Part shown: piece after piece, positions 35,649-48,754 of the stretch
How the letters are laid out: each line of letters starts with the position of its first letter
How positions within the stretch are numbered: the stretch's first letter is position 1
Origin: Entomortierella parvispora E1425
Taxonomy: Eukaryota; Fungi; Mortierellomycota
Length of the DNA stretch: 64,000 bases
Assembly (NCBI GenBank): GCA_020891255.1
Contig: BQFW01000004.1
Span: forward strand, 496,001-560,000
Reading direction: 5' to 3'
The notes under the pieces: model-generated
Database searches by the model: none
What the model saw: only the letters and a program-made list of their open reading frames with translations
What the model was told of the DNA's origin: nothing
Program-made: the position numbers and the translations under genes

Positions 35649-36038
35649 AAAGAGAGACATCTCCCTTTGTCATCTTCGCCCTCCCCGTCTCTTTCCTCAT
35701 GTGTCTTTTTTGTATATCATTCCTATATGACAAATCTCTTTTTGTTCTCTTATGAACGGTCCCTCAGTGTCTTGAACCAAAGAAGACGCAGGGCCTGCTA
35801 CTATCTACTCTCCTTGTCATCCAAAATAAATAAATAAAAAAATGTTCTTGATAGACCAAGATTCTTCCCGTTTGCCTTATTTGACAAGAGTCTTTGAGAA
35901 AACGCTCCAAAACAAGTATTTGGAAGAGTTGGGGTTCAGATCAAGCAACATTATTGACTTATTTTTTTCTTTTCTTCAAAAAAGGATCTTTTTATTACAA
36001 GTGTAGATAACGGGATAAGTGGTTGTTGTTTTTCTCTT

Positions 36039-37807
36039 TTAGATCAAGAAGGAGATGACTCTCTTCCACCAGGGGCCGTGAACGATCAAGTCTTGCTTGT
36101 CAGCCTCGGTTGGAATGAAGCGACCAGTATCGAGATCGGCATCCTCGGCGCGAATGAATGGCGTCTTGCGGACAATCTTGTAGCCGACATAGAGGAACAA
36201 GGAGCAGACCCAGGGGAACCAAGCACCCAGCAAGTTCTGAGCATACGTATCGCGGGCCGAATTGAAATCAGTGTCGTTATCGAAATCTGCACGGTGAGGG
36301 GGATCGATGACGGACAAGTAGCAAGTGGCGATGATAATGAGGGTTCCGAGAATGAGTGCAAAGATGTTGCCATAGGGGTATCCCCAGGAGACATAGGGCA
36401 ACTCGGAGATGGAGCGACCTTGCTTCTTCCAGCAGTAACGGAAACGGAAGTGAAGCATGAGGATAAAGATCCAGGACTGAAAGATGATGGATCCAATGAC
36501 GGACACAAACCAGTTGAAGACCACACTGGAACCAATGAAGATGGTCAAGAGCGACAGGCACGAGCAGAGCGTGACGATGGCCAAGGCCACCAATGGCACA
36601 CCACGCGAGTTGGTGTAGCCGATAATACTGTGGGCCCAACCGTTACGGGCCAAGGACAAGAGCATACGGGTCGCGACGTAGAAATCAGAGTTGATAGCCG
36701 AGAAGACCGAGGTGAAGACGACGGCGTTCATGTAGTTGGCGGCACCGGACATACCAGCCTTGACAAAGACCAAAGTGAAGGGGGCACCAGAAGCAGTTCC
36801 GTTTGCGTTGGCAATCTGGGGGTCGTCGTTACGGATGATCGAGGCGATAAGGAAGACAGAGACGATATAGAAGAAAGCAATACGGACCAACACAGTGTTG
36901 ACGGCCTTGGGGACGTGCTTGTGGGGGTTGCGAGACTCGGCAGCAGTGACACCGGTCATCTCAGTACCACCGTAGGCGTAACCGACGTTGACCAAAGTAC
37001 CGATGAAGCCCAAGAAACCTCCCTTGAAGGGAGTACCAGCTCCGTGCCAAGCATCCATGCCGTACTTGTGGCCACCGACGGCACCAGCATCGACGAGAAT
37101 TCCGCAAATGATGAAGATGATGATGGTCAAGACCTTGAGGATCGAGAACCAGTACTCAAGCTCACCATAAGCCTTGACTCCCACCAAGTTGATGAAGACC
37201 ATGACGATAATAATCAAAAGTGGCACAACCCAGACTGGGAAATTAGAATCTGCTGGCAACCAAAACTTGACAATAATGGCAGAGGCTGACAATTCGGAAG
37301 GAATGGTCAAAGCCCAGTTGATAAAGTACATCCAAGTCATCTGGAACGAGAAGGCCTCGTCAAAAACACGTCCTCCCCAGGCGTTGAAAGCACCGGGCAA
37401 AGGCAACAATGTCGCAACCTCTCCAATCGCCTGGCAGACAAAGACAAGCCAGAGACCGACAAGAACGTAAGCCAGCACTAGTTTGCGAGAAGAGTTTTTG
37501 CATCCGTCAGTCTCTGATAGACCTCCCTTGTTATCACCATAGAGCACAGAGTAAAGTGAAAAAAGTGAAAAAAGTGACGAGAATCCTTACAGGCACCAGC
37601 AGGTCCAGCTTGGAAGATAGACTTTCCGGAGGTCAAGAAAAGTCCGGTACCGATCGTTCCTGACACAGCAATCATGACCATGTGGCGGAGACGAAGGTCG
37701 CGCTTCAAACCCTCTTGCTCCTTGGCAAGGTGGGGTACGTCGGCGTCTTGCATATGGCCGACATCATACTTGTCGTGGGCAACGCCCTCATCGTATTTCT
37801 CATCCAT
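36039..37807 (-). CDS. Amino acid permease (APC superfamily, YAT family)
   Basis: Exons 37807-37591 and 37477-36039; LKRDLRLRHMVMIAVSGTIGTGLFL, GELEYWFSILKV, YAYGGTE, AESRNP; ~12 hydrophobic segments. Confidence 0.94.
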
Positions 37808-40623
37808 TTGTTAGTGAGTATATATGAGAAGGTGGGTATATGGAAAGTGGCGGTTGGAGGATGAGGGAAGTAAGAAAGAAGAGGTAAAGGGAGAGGGAGA
37901 GGGAGGGTGGTTCTTCTGAAGGAATAGGTAGAAAGGCACACAGTCAAAGGAGAAGGGAAAAAAAGAGGAAAAGAAAAAGGGATACCGGAGTCGCCGGCGG
38001 CTTGGGGTTTATATATGCAAAGCGCAAAGAATAGAGTCGTGGAGGGTTCAACGTCCCTTATCGCCTGCCGTTGGTATTTTTCGCTCGCCCACCTCATGTG
38101 CACCCTCGCCACATCATCAAGGTAGACCCCAACTAACCGCACCACCCCTGAGCCCTGTGCGAGCGAAAAAGAAAAATAAGAGACAGGTGAGGACGGACCT
38201 GGACACAGTTCGTTTCTCGGCCTCATACAAATCAGAACAGAGAGAAAGATAAAATAGGGCGACCACGGACTACGGGAGCACAAGTGAACGGGACCAGTTG
38301 GACAAGAGTAAGCAATCAATCGTCTGTCTTCAACATATTCACTCTTATTTAGTCCAACTCACCCTCCCAAAACAACAAACGAAGGCGAGCACAAACAAAG
38401 CAAAGTCAAAACAAGTCGCGCTTATTGCCTCGTCCGGGCTGAGAGAGGCAATTTGTGCTCCTGCTGTCAAAACAACATGATCGAAAGCGAACCCATTCTA
38501 TGACAGGGATGGTACACGCTCACCACACACGACTATCTGCTCTTGGATGCTCTATGGTACCGGTCTCATTATTGGAGAGTCGTGGTATTGGGTCTCGCGT
38601 ACATCTCGGCATCTTTTTTACAGGACCAAGAACATTGACGATAATTGAAATAATCTGCGCCCTCTTCTTCCTTTGGAAGAGTGGATCGCTCAACGGATTG
38701 ACAAGTAGAGGGACTGAGGTCAGGCGGAAAGCTTTGGGCAAGAAATACTTCAAAGATCATCCGTCACGGCACTGCCATCCGCTTTTCTCTTTTTCTTTTT
38801 TTACTCTTTTTTTTTTTTTCCCTCCAAGACGTTTTCGCAATCCAGATTACTATTGTTCATTCGCTCATCAAGCAAAGACGACCAGTCTATGATTGATCTT
38901 TCAAGATATCTGTGGAGTAGTCGCGGTGTTGCTGTTGTTGTTGTTGTTTTTTGCTTCTCTCGTCTCACAAAGCCTTCTGACAATTTGGCCTTTACGCCTC
39001 TTTGATAATGTTTGTTTTGGACAAGAATGGTAAGGACAACAAGGCTGGGAATCCAGCATCAACAAACGCTCTTGGCAGTATGAACAGAGTGAGTAAAGCG
39101 GAAGGGAATCCGGTCGCTTCAAAAAAAGAAAAAAAGGCCGAGGGTTCTTGGTTGCACACACATGTGAGTAGCGAGCAGCCAAGGGAGATAAACACGACCA
39201 TCCTGCATGACAACAAAATCAAAGTTTTATTAATAAAATAATGAGGGAGAGGGCGAACATTCGACTCGACTCTAAATCCCTTGCCCTTCTCTTCCTTTGC
39301 TGCAGAAGAACGAGGGCCACATTATCCCGCTTTTCTGAGGCAGTGAGAATACGACATCCTGTCCTCAGAATGGAAGAGAAAAGGGGAAGGAAAGTCAAGA
39401 AGACGAGGGGTTGGCAGCAAAGCCGAAGACAGGGGAGAAGAAGGAAAGAGCACAGACAGCCAAGCCCGAGCGGAAAAATCATCACGAGGAAAGGATTTCT
39501 CGATTTTCGTTCACTGCACAGCCCCGATTCCTTACATTTTTCAAACCCCTCTGGGCGTCCTCTTGACGCGTGGTAAGACACGCTGATTTATCCTGGGTCT
39601 CTTTCTTCAATAATGTCGCGATTTTCTTTTCTTTCATTGTCAAACATGGATGTTTACCTTCCTTCGTTTCGACTCGACTTCTCTTTATTTCCCTTTTAGC
39701 CATTGACAAAAGGTCAAAAAGGCGATCTCGGACGTATTCTTTTGTTGATGTTGTGCGTCGTTGTGCGTTGTTGGATTTGCTTTGACCAGATCTACATGTG
39801 TTCATGTACCTGTGTGCATCGTCATTAATTCTGCTTCTTTTCAAGGGCTGTTTTGTCCTGCTGCTGCTGTTCATCTCTTGGAAAACAGTTGTCCGTGGGT
39901 GTTAAGATTATATGGACGACCTGCGCGTTGTTTCCACAGAATCACATTGACTTTCTGTCTTTCTAGCGTGTGCTGCGATATGGCACCATTTCGCACTTTG
40001 AATCGACATTTAGATCCTTCTCCTTTACCGATATTCTCTCTAAAGGATAAATGTATCTGGAAGATCCCCACCTCACCTCGTCTCAATTAAGTGCCCCTCC
40101 GAGATTGATAAGACGGCTCACTTTTGAACTGCCCCGCTCCCTCCCTCTCGGGACCTGTGGTCTATCGCGTCATTTTTTTTCTCCGAGTCTTTCCAGCAGA
40201 ACCGGAACTAAGGTGCGATGCCTCTGAAGTTCGATTGATAATTGTCAGGTAAAATCTTAAAACCAGCTTTTTCTCTACAGTATCTCCATGAGCCAAGAGA
40301 GATTACGACCGAAAGGGCAGGCCGGATCGAGAACCTTTTTCTGAGCAACGTTAAACCAGCAAAAGAGGAAAGCTCGTGTAACCAACTTTTTACATGAACA
40401 AGTTAAACCAAGCTGCAACACGCGCCTCGCCCTCTTTCTCCCTTGTGTTCAACCAATCGTGCAAGGAGGTCCGAGAGTCCCGAATTTGGGCCCTTCCCTT
40501 GGCTCTTTATTCTAAGAGAGCACAATCCAGTTTTCCTTGGACGTTTTCGCCGTTTTGCCTGTACCATTTTTTTTTTTTTGGGTCTCTTTTTTGATTGTTC
40601 TAGCCTTGTTTTCCCGGAAGCGT

Positions 40624-40748
40624 CTATTTGTCGGCCCGTCCGACAAGATCTTATTTGTCGTCCCTGCTCTCAATTGCTCTTATTTGTCGTCCGTTCCCCC
40701 TTATTTGTCGGCCATGTCCCTATCTGTCGGCCGCTGATTTTAAGTTAA
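40624..40748 (+). repeat. Left TIR with ~5 TATTTGTCGG subrepeats and terminal hairpin
   Basis: ctatttgtcggcccgtccgacaagatcttatttgtcg...ttatttgtcggcc...taagttaa; stem TTGTCGG/CCGACAA. Confidence 0.88.
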
Positions 40749-41236
40749 CTACACTAGCATTCCCAAGCGCTTTGACGCCACAATACGAAACTGGCAAAGC
40801 AGCCTGCGTTCTCCCCTACGATCATGACCTTCATCCTACTTCAGTTGTAAATATCACGAAGAAGACTCCGGTCGTAGGGGCATCTCCATTCTGCTCTTTG
40901 AAGTCCTCTCACCCTCTTTTCCTGGTATCCATCCTTTCTGAAGCCTGCAGCTCAAAAAAGCACAACTTTTTTTTCTTTTTTTTTTTTTTTTTTTTTTTGG
41001 GAGACATGGCTTCAATGATCATCTCTCCTACAATTGTCCGCTGCCTTCAATTGTCCGCTGCATGAAGACAGTAATACTCCACACTATTAATATAAGTTTA
41101 TGTTCTTTTATTAGGAAAACAGGGCTTTACAAAAATTATCCATTACCACCTCTCAAGATTGGGATATTATTCTCCTCTTATTCTCCTCTTTCCTGCTCTA
41201 ATTCTACACTATCTGCAGGCCGTTGTATGTAGATAT

Positions 41237-43738
41237 CTAGAAGTTGCCTTTGGACTTCTTGGAAGCCATGGATAATTCTTGGCTGGACTTGATCCTTTTT
41301 GTTGGGACCTTCCCCTTGGGCGGTAAAACTATCGGGTCTTTTACGATCTGCAGGCCCGTCATTTCTTCAATTACTTTTTTCATCTGTGCCTCGGCTTTTT
41401 TCATCGCTTTAGCGTAAATAGCTGCCAGCTTTGGATGGTCTGCTCCCATTCGCACCAACTCCTTTGAATTGCCCTGCAACTCAGCAAAGCGGCTTCGCCG
41501 AGCCTGCTCTCTTCGTTCTACAGCGGGGATAGCACCGTACTCGGGGAATAGCTTCGAAGCAGATTCCATATACGTCAAGCATGGAGTCCGAACGCGCTTT
41601 TCGGACAGAGAAGGATGTCGGGGACCTAGGAAGGCAAGGTCGGGTCCTCTTGTAACCGGAGAAACAGACAAGAAGGGCCGAGACGAAAGATTGAGGTTCT
41701 CGGTGTCTTGCCAGCGCTCTTGGAACCACCGCATGGGCACCAGTTGGATATGGTATCTAAAGGCATGATCTCTCCGCATCATGTAGAAAAAGTGTTTGCA
41801 CACAATCCCCACATTCTGCAACTTGAGACATGTGCACAGATATCCTCCATCCCTGAAGAGAAGAACCCACGATGCGTCGTTTTCTTCGAGATGAGAAACA
41901 AGGTGGATACTCTCAATCTCCGAGTCGCTCAGTTCACTTAGCAAGGCCCCCAATGTCGACAGGCGAACTTCTTGTCGAGTAGATAGACGTATCTGCCCCT
42001 CGTCCTCTGGGTCCCTAAAATATCGTCGCAACTTGGTCAGCCATTACAAAAAAAAAAAAAAGGTTAGATGGATTATAGTTGACAGGCGACCGTTCCCCAG
42101 CATTTACTCTACTTACTTCATCGTGCTCATGGAGTTCTGCTTCATAAGAAAAAGAAGAGGAGATTTCCTCTTTCATCTTGTTTTGACCGAATCGTCCTAG
42201 GAATCGCTCGTTTTCCGATATGACGGCTTGAAAGGTATCATATCCCTTATACCTCTCCTTGACACCGTCTTTGGAGTCGTCGAGGAAAGCGAGGTACCTA
42301 TTTTGGATGCTCTCATCCGCGATCTTCTTTTGAATGACTTGGAAGAGTTCATCCAAGCCTGTGTTGCCGTTCGCCTTGAGTTTGATCAGATGGTGTGCTT
42401 TCTCAACTCGCTGTGAAGCCTGTATCCCAAGCGTGAGGAGTGTCCCCACCCATGGCTTAGCCCAATAAGGGCTTCGACTGTAGATATACTGTAGCCTCTT
42501 GTCAAGTGGACTCCCGGGGACCAAATCAGGGAATGCAAAGTCCAGAGTTCTCTGCCACTCTTCTTCAAAATTTCGCCGAGTTATAGTTCGCTGAGCAATC
42601 CAGAATCCGTTTTTGAACTTTTCGTACTCTTCCTTTCCGACCTGGCAGGAGATGTTCGAAAGATTCTTCGAAAAAGTGCCACAGACAGTTTACCATGTGA
42701 GTATTGGGGGACAACTTAATGAGCGCCGACTCAAATGCCTTGTCATCGTCGCTAACGACCACATGCGGATGCCGATTGCCGTTCGCCTTGAATAAATGGT
42801 AAAGAACAAATAAAAAATCTGATCTTGTCTCCTTGCTAAGAAGGGCGCATGCCACAACTCTGGTTGCACCCTCAGCATCGACAATCGTGGTGACGTTGAG
42901 GTGCATTTTGAAGCGGTTGGTGTTGTATGTTGTGTCGTTCATCACTACATCATGGTATCGTGAATAGAGATCCCTTTGGAGTGGATCCATCCAAAAGACG
43001 CGTCTGATGACCGAATTGTTGTCCGTCTGAACTTTAGCATACCATCGCTCATCCTTCTTGCGGAAACCCGTCAACATTGCTACCAGACGCTGGGCGTTGT
43101 TCGCGCCGTGAGAGCCGGTAGTTCGTCTTGCCATTGCGTTCGACACTCTTCTCCCAGAGAAGTACCGCTCGGGGTTTCGCCTCTTGAGAACTTCCCTGAT
43201 AACAGGCATGCTCGCCCCTGCTGCTGAAAGTTCTTGAGCACATTCCCTCATGGGTGTTGTTAACCTCTGTCTCGAGGGACTAAATATCTCGGCGTGAGCT
43301 ATCATCTTGTGGTTGTGAGCCGCAGTGTCGTTCTTCCGATAAACGGTACAGTCCTTCCCGTCCTTGCTTGCTGCACGGAGTTGAATGTACCATTTGCAGT
43401 CGCAGCGAATCGAGGTCTTATTTCTTTCCAACTCAGGTACAGAGGTCTTCTTAGGACTATGCTTCCTCCCTTTTGTACATTCTAGAACCTCTGTAAAAAA
43501 GGGACTGCGTTAGTCGTTCGGCCTTGCCTCGCACACGCCAGCATTGCAAGGAAACGTACTCATCCACTCGCGTGATAGCTTTTTGCTTGAGGCGATTCGA
43601 ATATCAAATCCACACGAAAGGGACCACTGTCGAACGGCATTTATGGCATCCGAGAAAGAATTGAAGATTTGAGAGTCCAGTTCCTCGGGCAAAGGAGTGT
43701 GTGGATTCTAGAAATGGCAGAACAACATCAGACACAGC

Positions 43739-43770
<32 letters not shown>

Positions 43771-45602
43771 GTGCAACGAACCTTCTCGATAGGAACGAAA
43801 ACCCTTTCATGTTCTGTATCCTGGAAATTCTTGGAGTCCTGGTGGTCCTCACAATCGGATTCTTCTTCATACCAGGGTTCGCGCTCATCTTCACGAGCAT
43901 CAGCCTCCCCTCCACACGGGCGTTCATAGTTGGAATAGAGATTGCCCTCAAGATCCCGATCGTCGTAATCATGGTCGTTGTCATCAAGGTCGTCATCATA
44001 ATCCTCCGATGGACAATGAAAGCGATTATCGCTGAGGAGATATCGGTCGTAGTAGATATAAAGGTCTTCCCCATCCTGAGCATCAAGGATGTCAGGGGTT
44101 CCCTCTCTTTTCTCCTTCTCCTTCTCTTCAATAACAGGGATGTCATGATCCCCGCCCTTCCCTTGAACAACCGGGATATCGGAAGCGATATTGACAACTC
44201 TGTCGGCAACTCTTTCATCGCGCCTTTTTATGGCGGTATTGTGAGTCACCTGAGTTATTCCGTGAGATTTTCTGATGATAAAAGGTGACTGTTGAGACTG
44301 GTCTGGAGGGGTGGGGTCCTCGATAAACAAGGAAGACACGCCCTGCAAGGACAATTGGACAGTATGTAAGTAATTGGACTCAGTAGAAAGTGATCAACGG
44401 CAACATATACGTACTTTGTTCGTCCAGTCTTGTCCGGTCAGAACATACATATACCACAGCCGATGGTTCTTGCTAGTGGCCACCGTCCAGGCTTTTATGA
44501 GATGAAATGGCCGGCACTCGCTCTCAATAACATTAAGAGCAATGACACCACAGGAGCCTCCATCGATGCCTTGTTGGGGTACCTCCAATTCATGGACTTT
44601 CTTGAATGCCGTATATTCTGGCACCATGCAATGTTTCAACATCCTGGCAATGGTGCGACCAACCTCCTCACCTAATTTATCCGATTGTCCCCCATCCAGC
44701 GAGTGGCCGAAGGACGTTCGTTTGGCGGCAAAGTCGATGACCACAGGAGCCCAATGGCGTCCAATGTTGACAATCGCAAATGCCTTCCTTTCGGCAATGG
44801 CGCAATGAAGGATGGCGGTCTTGATGTAGTCCCACTGCTTCTTTTGTTGCTCCCGCTCATGGACATTCAGATTAATACGAAGGGCTGTCGAAGGAACGAA
44901 GATATCATCGCCGCTGGTTTGAGCTGCAAACTCTTTCATAACCGCGTCAATGACTTGTCCCGACAGCCACTCTTCGTGCCTAAGCTGGAGGAGGTCGGTG
45001 ATACTGGTGACGGTACCATTGTAAGCCTTAAAGCCGTGTCTAAGGATAAAAACGGCCAGATTAGATGTGTTAAAAACAAACTGCCATGGCCAGGGATTAT
45101 GGATGTACAGTATAACTCACCCCAAAATGTTGGGACTCTGAAGAAGAATGGACCTCATTTTCCGAACGACTTCCGCTCCGATCTTAACAGGGCCATTTAA
45201 CCAAGTCAACATATCACGAAGCAAAGCTGACATATCCATTAGGTCATGGATTTGCTTCATGGCCTGAAGGGCGGGAAAGGAGACGAATCCCACCTTGCCA
45301 ATAAGTACGACACCCGGTCGAGAATCGTTACTAATCAGTTCTATCGCGGCCGCGACTGATGCTGGGTGAGGGATCGGCCTGTTGATACTCAGGTCAGATA
45401 GTGTCACTTGAAGCTCGTCGAAGTAGGTCGCAAGTCGCTCTTCGTTGGTGAAGAACGTGGGAGTGACTTTCGTAAGGACAGGTGGGAACTCCATATGGAT
45501 TAACTCCCAGCCCGTGAGATGTCTCTGCCACCAGAATTCAAGAAGATCCGCGTCGTCGAGAAGCTCGAGCGAGCCGTTAACATGGCTTTCAGGGAGCGAC
45601 AT
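41237..45602 (-). CDS. MULE transposase with N-terminal Ulp1/C48 SUMO-protease domain (Ulp1 - acidic linker - FAR1/WRKY-like - DDE - SWIM), ~1,330 aa, one homopolymer frameshift
   Basis: Exons 45602-45121, 45039-44415, 44342-43782, 43707-43560, 43490-42117, 42031-41237 sum to 1,328 codons after removing one base at A5 42671-42675. Ulp1: LRHEEWLSGQVID, RHWAPVVID, PQQGIDGGSCGV. FAR1: RCDCKWYI..HNH. DDE: NDTTY, VSDDD, CLWH, SQRVE. SWIM: CTC..GIVCKH. Confidence 0.85.
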
Positions 45603-46062
45603 GAGGTGAGGTTTCCAAGCAAAAGGGTATTTGGTGGTTAAGGGAGATAAGAGGTGGTGGTGGAGGTTCAGTTGGCCGCAAGGCCTTTTAGTGCCTTAAA
45701 CGCGTAACGGCTGCCACAAAAAAAAACGTCAAGTACTGATTTTTGGCCGATTCTCACGGTGCTCACAAGAAATTACCCCTGAGCCCCTGAACCTTCTTCT
45801 CGTTTTTGAGTCGAAGGTGCCTACTTTCGCACTTCACTCTTGAATTTATTTCTCGTGTTCAAGTTCTTGCCCAAAAAGAAACATTCCGCTGAGCAATAAA
45901 TACGGCACATACTTTCGTCTTTTCTACTACTATTATCTGCACCTGCCTTACTTAGTTACAATCAACCCCATTACTGTGAATCTTCAGGTGAGTTAAGTAC
46001 ACCTCTTGTCCGTGGAACTCACTCTCAATTGCTCTAACTTCCTTTTTTTTATTGGACAGTAG

Positions 46063-47103
46063 ATGGACGAGGATCACCCTTTCTTTGCCGAGCTTAGCCG
46101 CCATGTTGCATTGGCCTACGACCTCCCTTTTGATGCTCCCTGGTTAGCTCTCTGCCCTGAAAAGACGTATCGGTTCACTTGGACTGAGCTCCTCCAGGTT
46201 GCCAATGCCTTGGCTCTTCCAATAACCTTAAAGTTGTCAAATGGAGCGATCGTTCCAAGACTGCAGGCGCTATGCATGCTTTGCTTTCGATTGAGTTATC
46301 CTCATCTTATCAAGGATATGGCCGCTCTCTTTTCTCGTGATTCTCCTTTTGTGTCGCACGCAATCAAGACCATTAACGAGTACATCCTTTCCGAATGGAA
46401 GCATCTTTTGGAGTTTGACCACACCCGCCTACGAGATGAATATCTGGAGGGTTTAGCAGCGCGAGTTCAGTTTATGAAAGGGAGGCTGACAAACTGCTGG
46501 GGATTTGTTTCCTGGACTCATATTGAGATCTGCCGACCTAAGGAAAGGCCAAACCTGACATATTCTACCCAGAAACAGATGCACTCAATGAAATATCAGT
46601 CGGTTTGCTGTCCAGATGGTATAATTGCCCATTTGAGCGGTCCTCATCCGGGAGCAGAAGCTGACACGGTCACTTTGACCAAGTCTTGTCTTCCAATCAT
46701 TTTGAATGCCCACTGTCATAACACTCTTGGCGCTCCGATGGTCATTTATGGTGATGGGAATTATCCTGATTGCTTTCAAGTTTGTCGTCCATATCGCGGT
46801 CCAGTCCTCAGCAAGTCCGAGATCCGCTTCAACTTATCCATGAGACGTCCCCTTCTTTGTGCTGACAAAGGATTTGACTTCATTGACAATAACTGGAGCT
46901 GGTTGGCCCATAGTAACATTCTGAAAATGAGACAGACTAAGTACTACATCGTGTCTGCTCTGTTCGCCAATATTCTCACTTGCATTCGTAGAGGGAACAG
47001 CGTCACCTCGTATTTCGGGATGGATCCGCCAACTCTTGAAAATTACCTTACTCCAAAACACCAGTGGATGCCAGAATCCCTTCCAAGTCAAGATTTATTG
47101 TAA
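46063..47103 (+). CDS. PIF/Harbinger transposase-derived (HARBI1-like, DDE_Tnp_4) protein with degenerate active site
   Basis: ALCMLCFRLSYP, MKYQSVCCPDGIIAHLSGP, YGDGNYP, PPTLENYL. The canonical CxGxIDGT reads CWGFVSWT and VE.GF reads ADKGF. Confidence 0.85.
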   Translation: MDEDHPFFAELSRHVALAYDLPFDAPWLALCPEKTYRFTWTELLQVANALALPITLKLSNGAIVPRLQALCMLCFRLSYPHLIKDMAALFSRDSPFVSHAIKTINEYILSEWKHLLEFDHTRLRDEYLEGLAARVQFMKGRLTNCWGFVSWTHIEICRPKERPNLTYSTQKQMHSMKYQSVCCPDGIIAHLSGPHPGAEADTVTLTKSCLPIILNAHCHNTLGAPMVIYGDGNYPDCFQVCRPYRGPVLSKSEIRFNLSMRRPLLCADKGFDFIDNNWSWLAHSNILKMRQTKYYIVSALFANILTCIRRGNSVTSYFGMDPPTLENYLTPKHQWMPESLPSQDLL

Positions 47104-47126
47104 TAAATTGTATCACTGCATGGTCG

Positions 47127-48435
47127 CTAGCTTTCTGGTCGCCGTGGTGCTGCGGCTGTGGCCAGAGATATACTGGGTTGAAATGTTGTCTGAGGGCGCG
47201 CCAGCATTGGAGGCCATTGTATGGAGGTCGAGTGAGGCTGAGGCTGAGGTAGGCCAGAAGTCCTTGAGTAAGATTTCCATACAATATCCTGTAAATCACG
47301 GATTTCATTTCTGAATGTGAGAAACGTTCCATGCATTTCTGACCTCAAATCCGACAGCACTGAAATGACAGCAACGGTATTCCTATTCAAATCGTCGATA
47401 TTCCTATTCAAATCGTCGATACTCCTATTCAAATCGTCGATCTTGGATACTGTGTTCCTGCCGAGATCTTCAATGATGGTTGTGTTGTCTGTCATGTTCC
47501 TTCTAAGTTCCTTAATTCTAGCGGTAGTCTCAATCGCTACGACCTGTCTTATTGACTGCACTTCGTCCGCTATTCTCCTTTGCTCCTTCGCAAATCCCCG
47601 AGGCATCCGCATTGTCTTTGTTGTTTTTGTGCTCCGAGGTGGTGTCACAGAGCGGTGTTTGGGCGAAGGTACCATGGCTGACAACGTAGCTGGAGGGTAG
47701 AGTAGCTCTTGTTGCTGCTGATGAATGGGCAAAGCAACTCCACGATGACTTTTCGTATCGCCTGGGGCAGCTCGAACATGCGTGACGTCGGCCCTATTGG
47801 AGCTTCGTGTTTCGCTATCATATTGTTCGCCCGCTGAATGTCCATCCTCATCCTCATTCTCTTCTTCCTCGTCTTCCGGCTCATCGTCGTTGTCATCGTC
47901 TTCACTGCCGCGCGATACAGTATCATCAAATCTTAGTTTCTTGATTCTCCGTCTGCGATCCTCTGTGACAAGATTCTGTCGGGTTGCTGTTGCGGGAGAT
48001 GCCACGCGCGCCCTCTCTTCCGCCGTGAGTTCCGATGTTTCCTGCTTGATCCTTAATAAAGTTCGGTCGTAATCGCGCAAAAAGACGACAGAGCTCCAAC
48101 AACCGAGTTGAGAATGCGAGATCCACCCCAGTCGCGGAAGTGGCTAATTTCTCATAGGCGTTGTAGTCAGCACAGAGTCTGCCAACAGCCGAATATAGGG
48201 CACCTGCTGTAACGCCTCTCAGACTCGGCTCGGCACGCTCTAGCTCTGTAGAAAGCTGGGTATACAATTCGCCGCCTCTCGTCAGACTCATGCCTCTCAG
48301 TTCATCCTGCGCACTAGCACAGAATTGTTGGAGTCGCTGAACAAGGAATTGGACGGCCAAGAATATCCTCCGTTGGTTTCCACCACTGGGAAGGGCTTTT
48401 AGTCCACAGTACCTCTTTGACCCAGTGGCAGGCAT
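47127..48435 (-). CDS. Myb/SANT(trihelix)-like DNA-binding protein with acidic region and coiled coil, Harbinger ORF2-like; one homopolymer frameshift
   Basis: ORFs 47926-48516 and 47127-48080 join (436 codons from ATG 48435) if one base is removed from A5 48079-48083. Helical LYTQLSTELERAEPSLRGVTAGALYSAVGRLCADY..ATGVD..LLELCRLLRDY resembles Myb/SANT-like partners. Convergent with the HARBI1-like gene. The domain call is by eye. Confidence 0.6.
47380..47441. repeat. 21-bp coding tandem repeat x3 (heptad IDDLNRN)
   Basis: tcctattcaaatcgtcgata(t/c) repeated three times. Confidence 0.9.
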
Positions 48436-48754
48436 TTCAGTTGAGAGGTCAGCTAAATGAGGAAAAGGGTAGTTCAGTGAAATGCCAGGAGAGCAAAGGA
48501 ATCTCAATTGACTCAATTAATTACCTTCCCGAATGCTGTCTTCCACTGAAAGAACCCTACCGGACTGGAGTGAATCGACATCTTCAGGATCCTCAAATAT
48601 ATTCCGGTAGTGCTTCAGATGGACAGTCTGTTCTCTCGAGAGCGTCGCAGAAGCAGGTTGTGGGGATGGATTTCGTTTTTGAGACATCTCGTTGTGAGTG
48701 ATGGATTCGTAATAAAAATGAAGCAATTGTTGTGTTGGAGGGCTGCATCGCGTG

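Noticed and set aside
39482-39874. 130-aa basic ORF on the - strand in the permease-MULE intergenic region
   Set aside because: No recognisable motif, splice context or codon bias; insufficient support.
40650-40730. TATTTGTCG repeats with short variable gaps as a mini-CRISPR
   Set aside because: They are TIR subrepeats, mirrored at 49735-49850.
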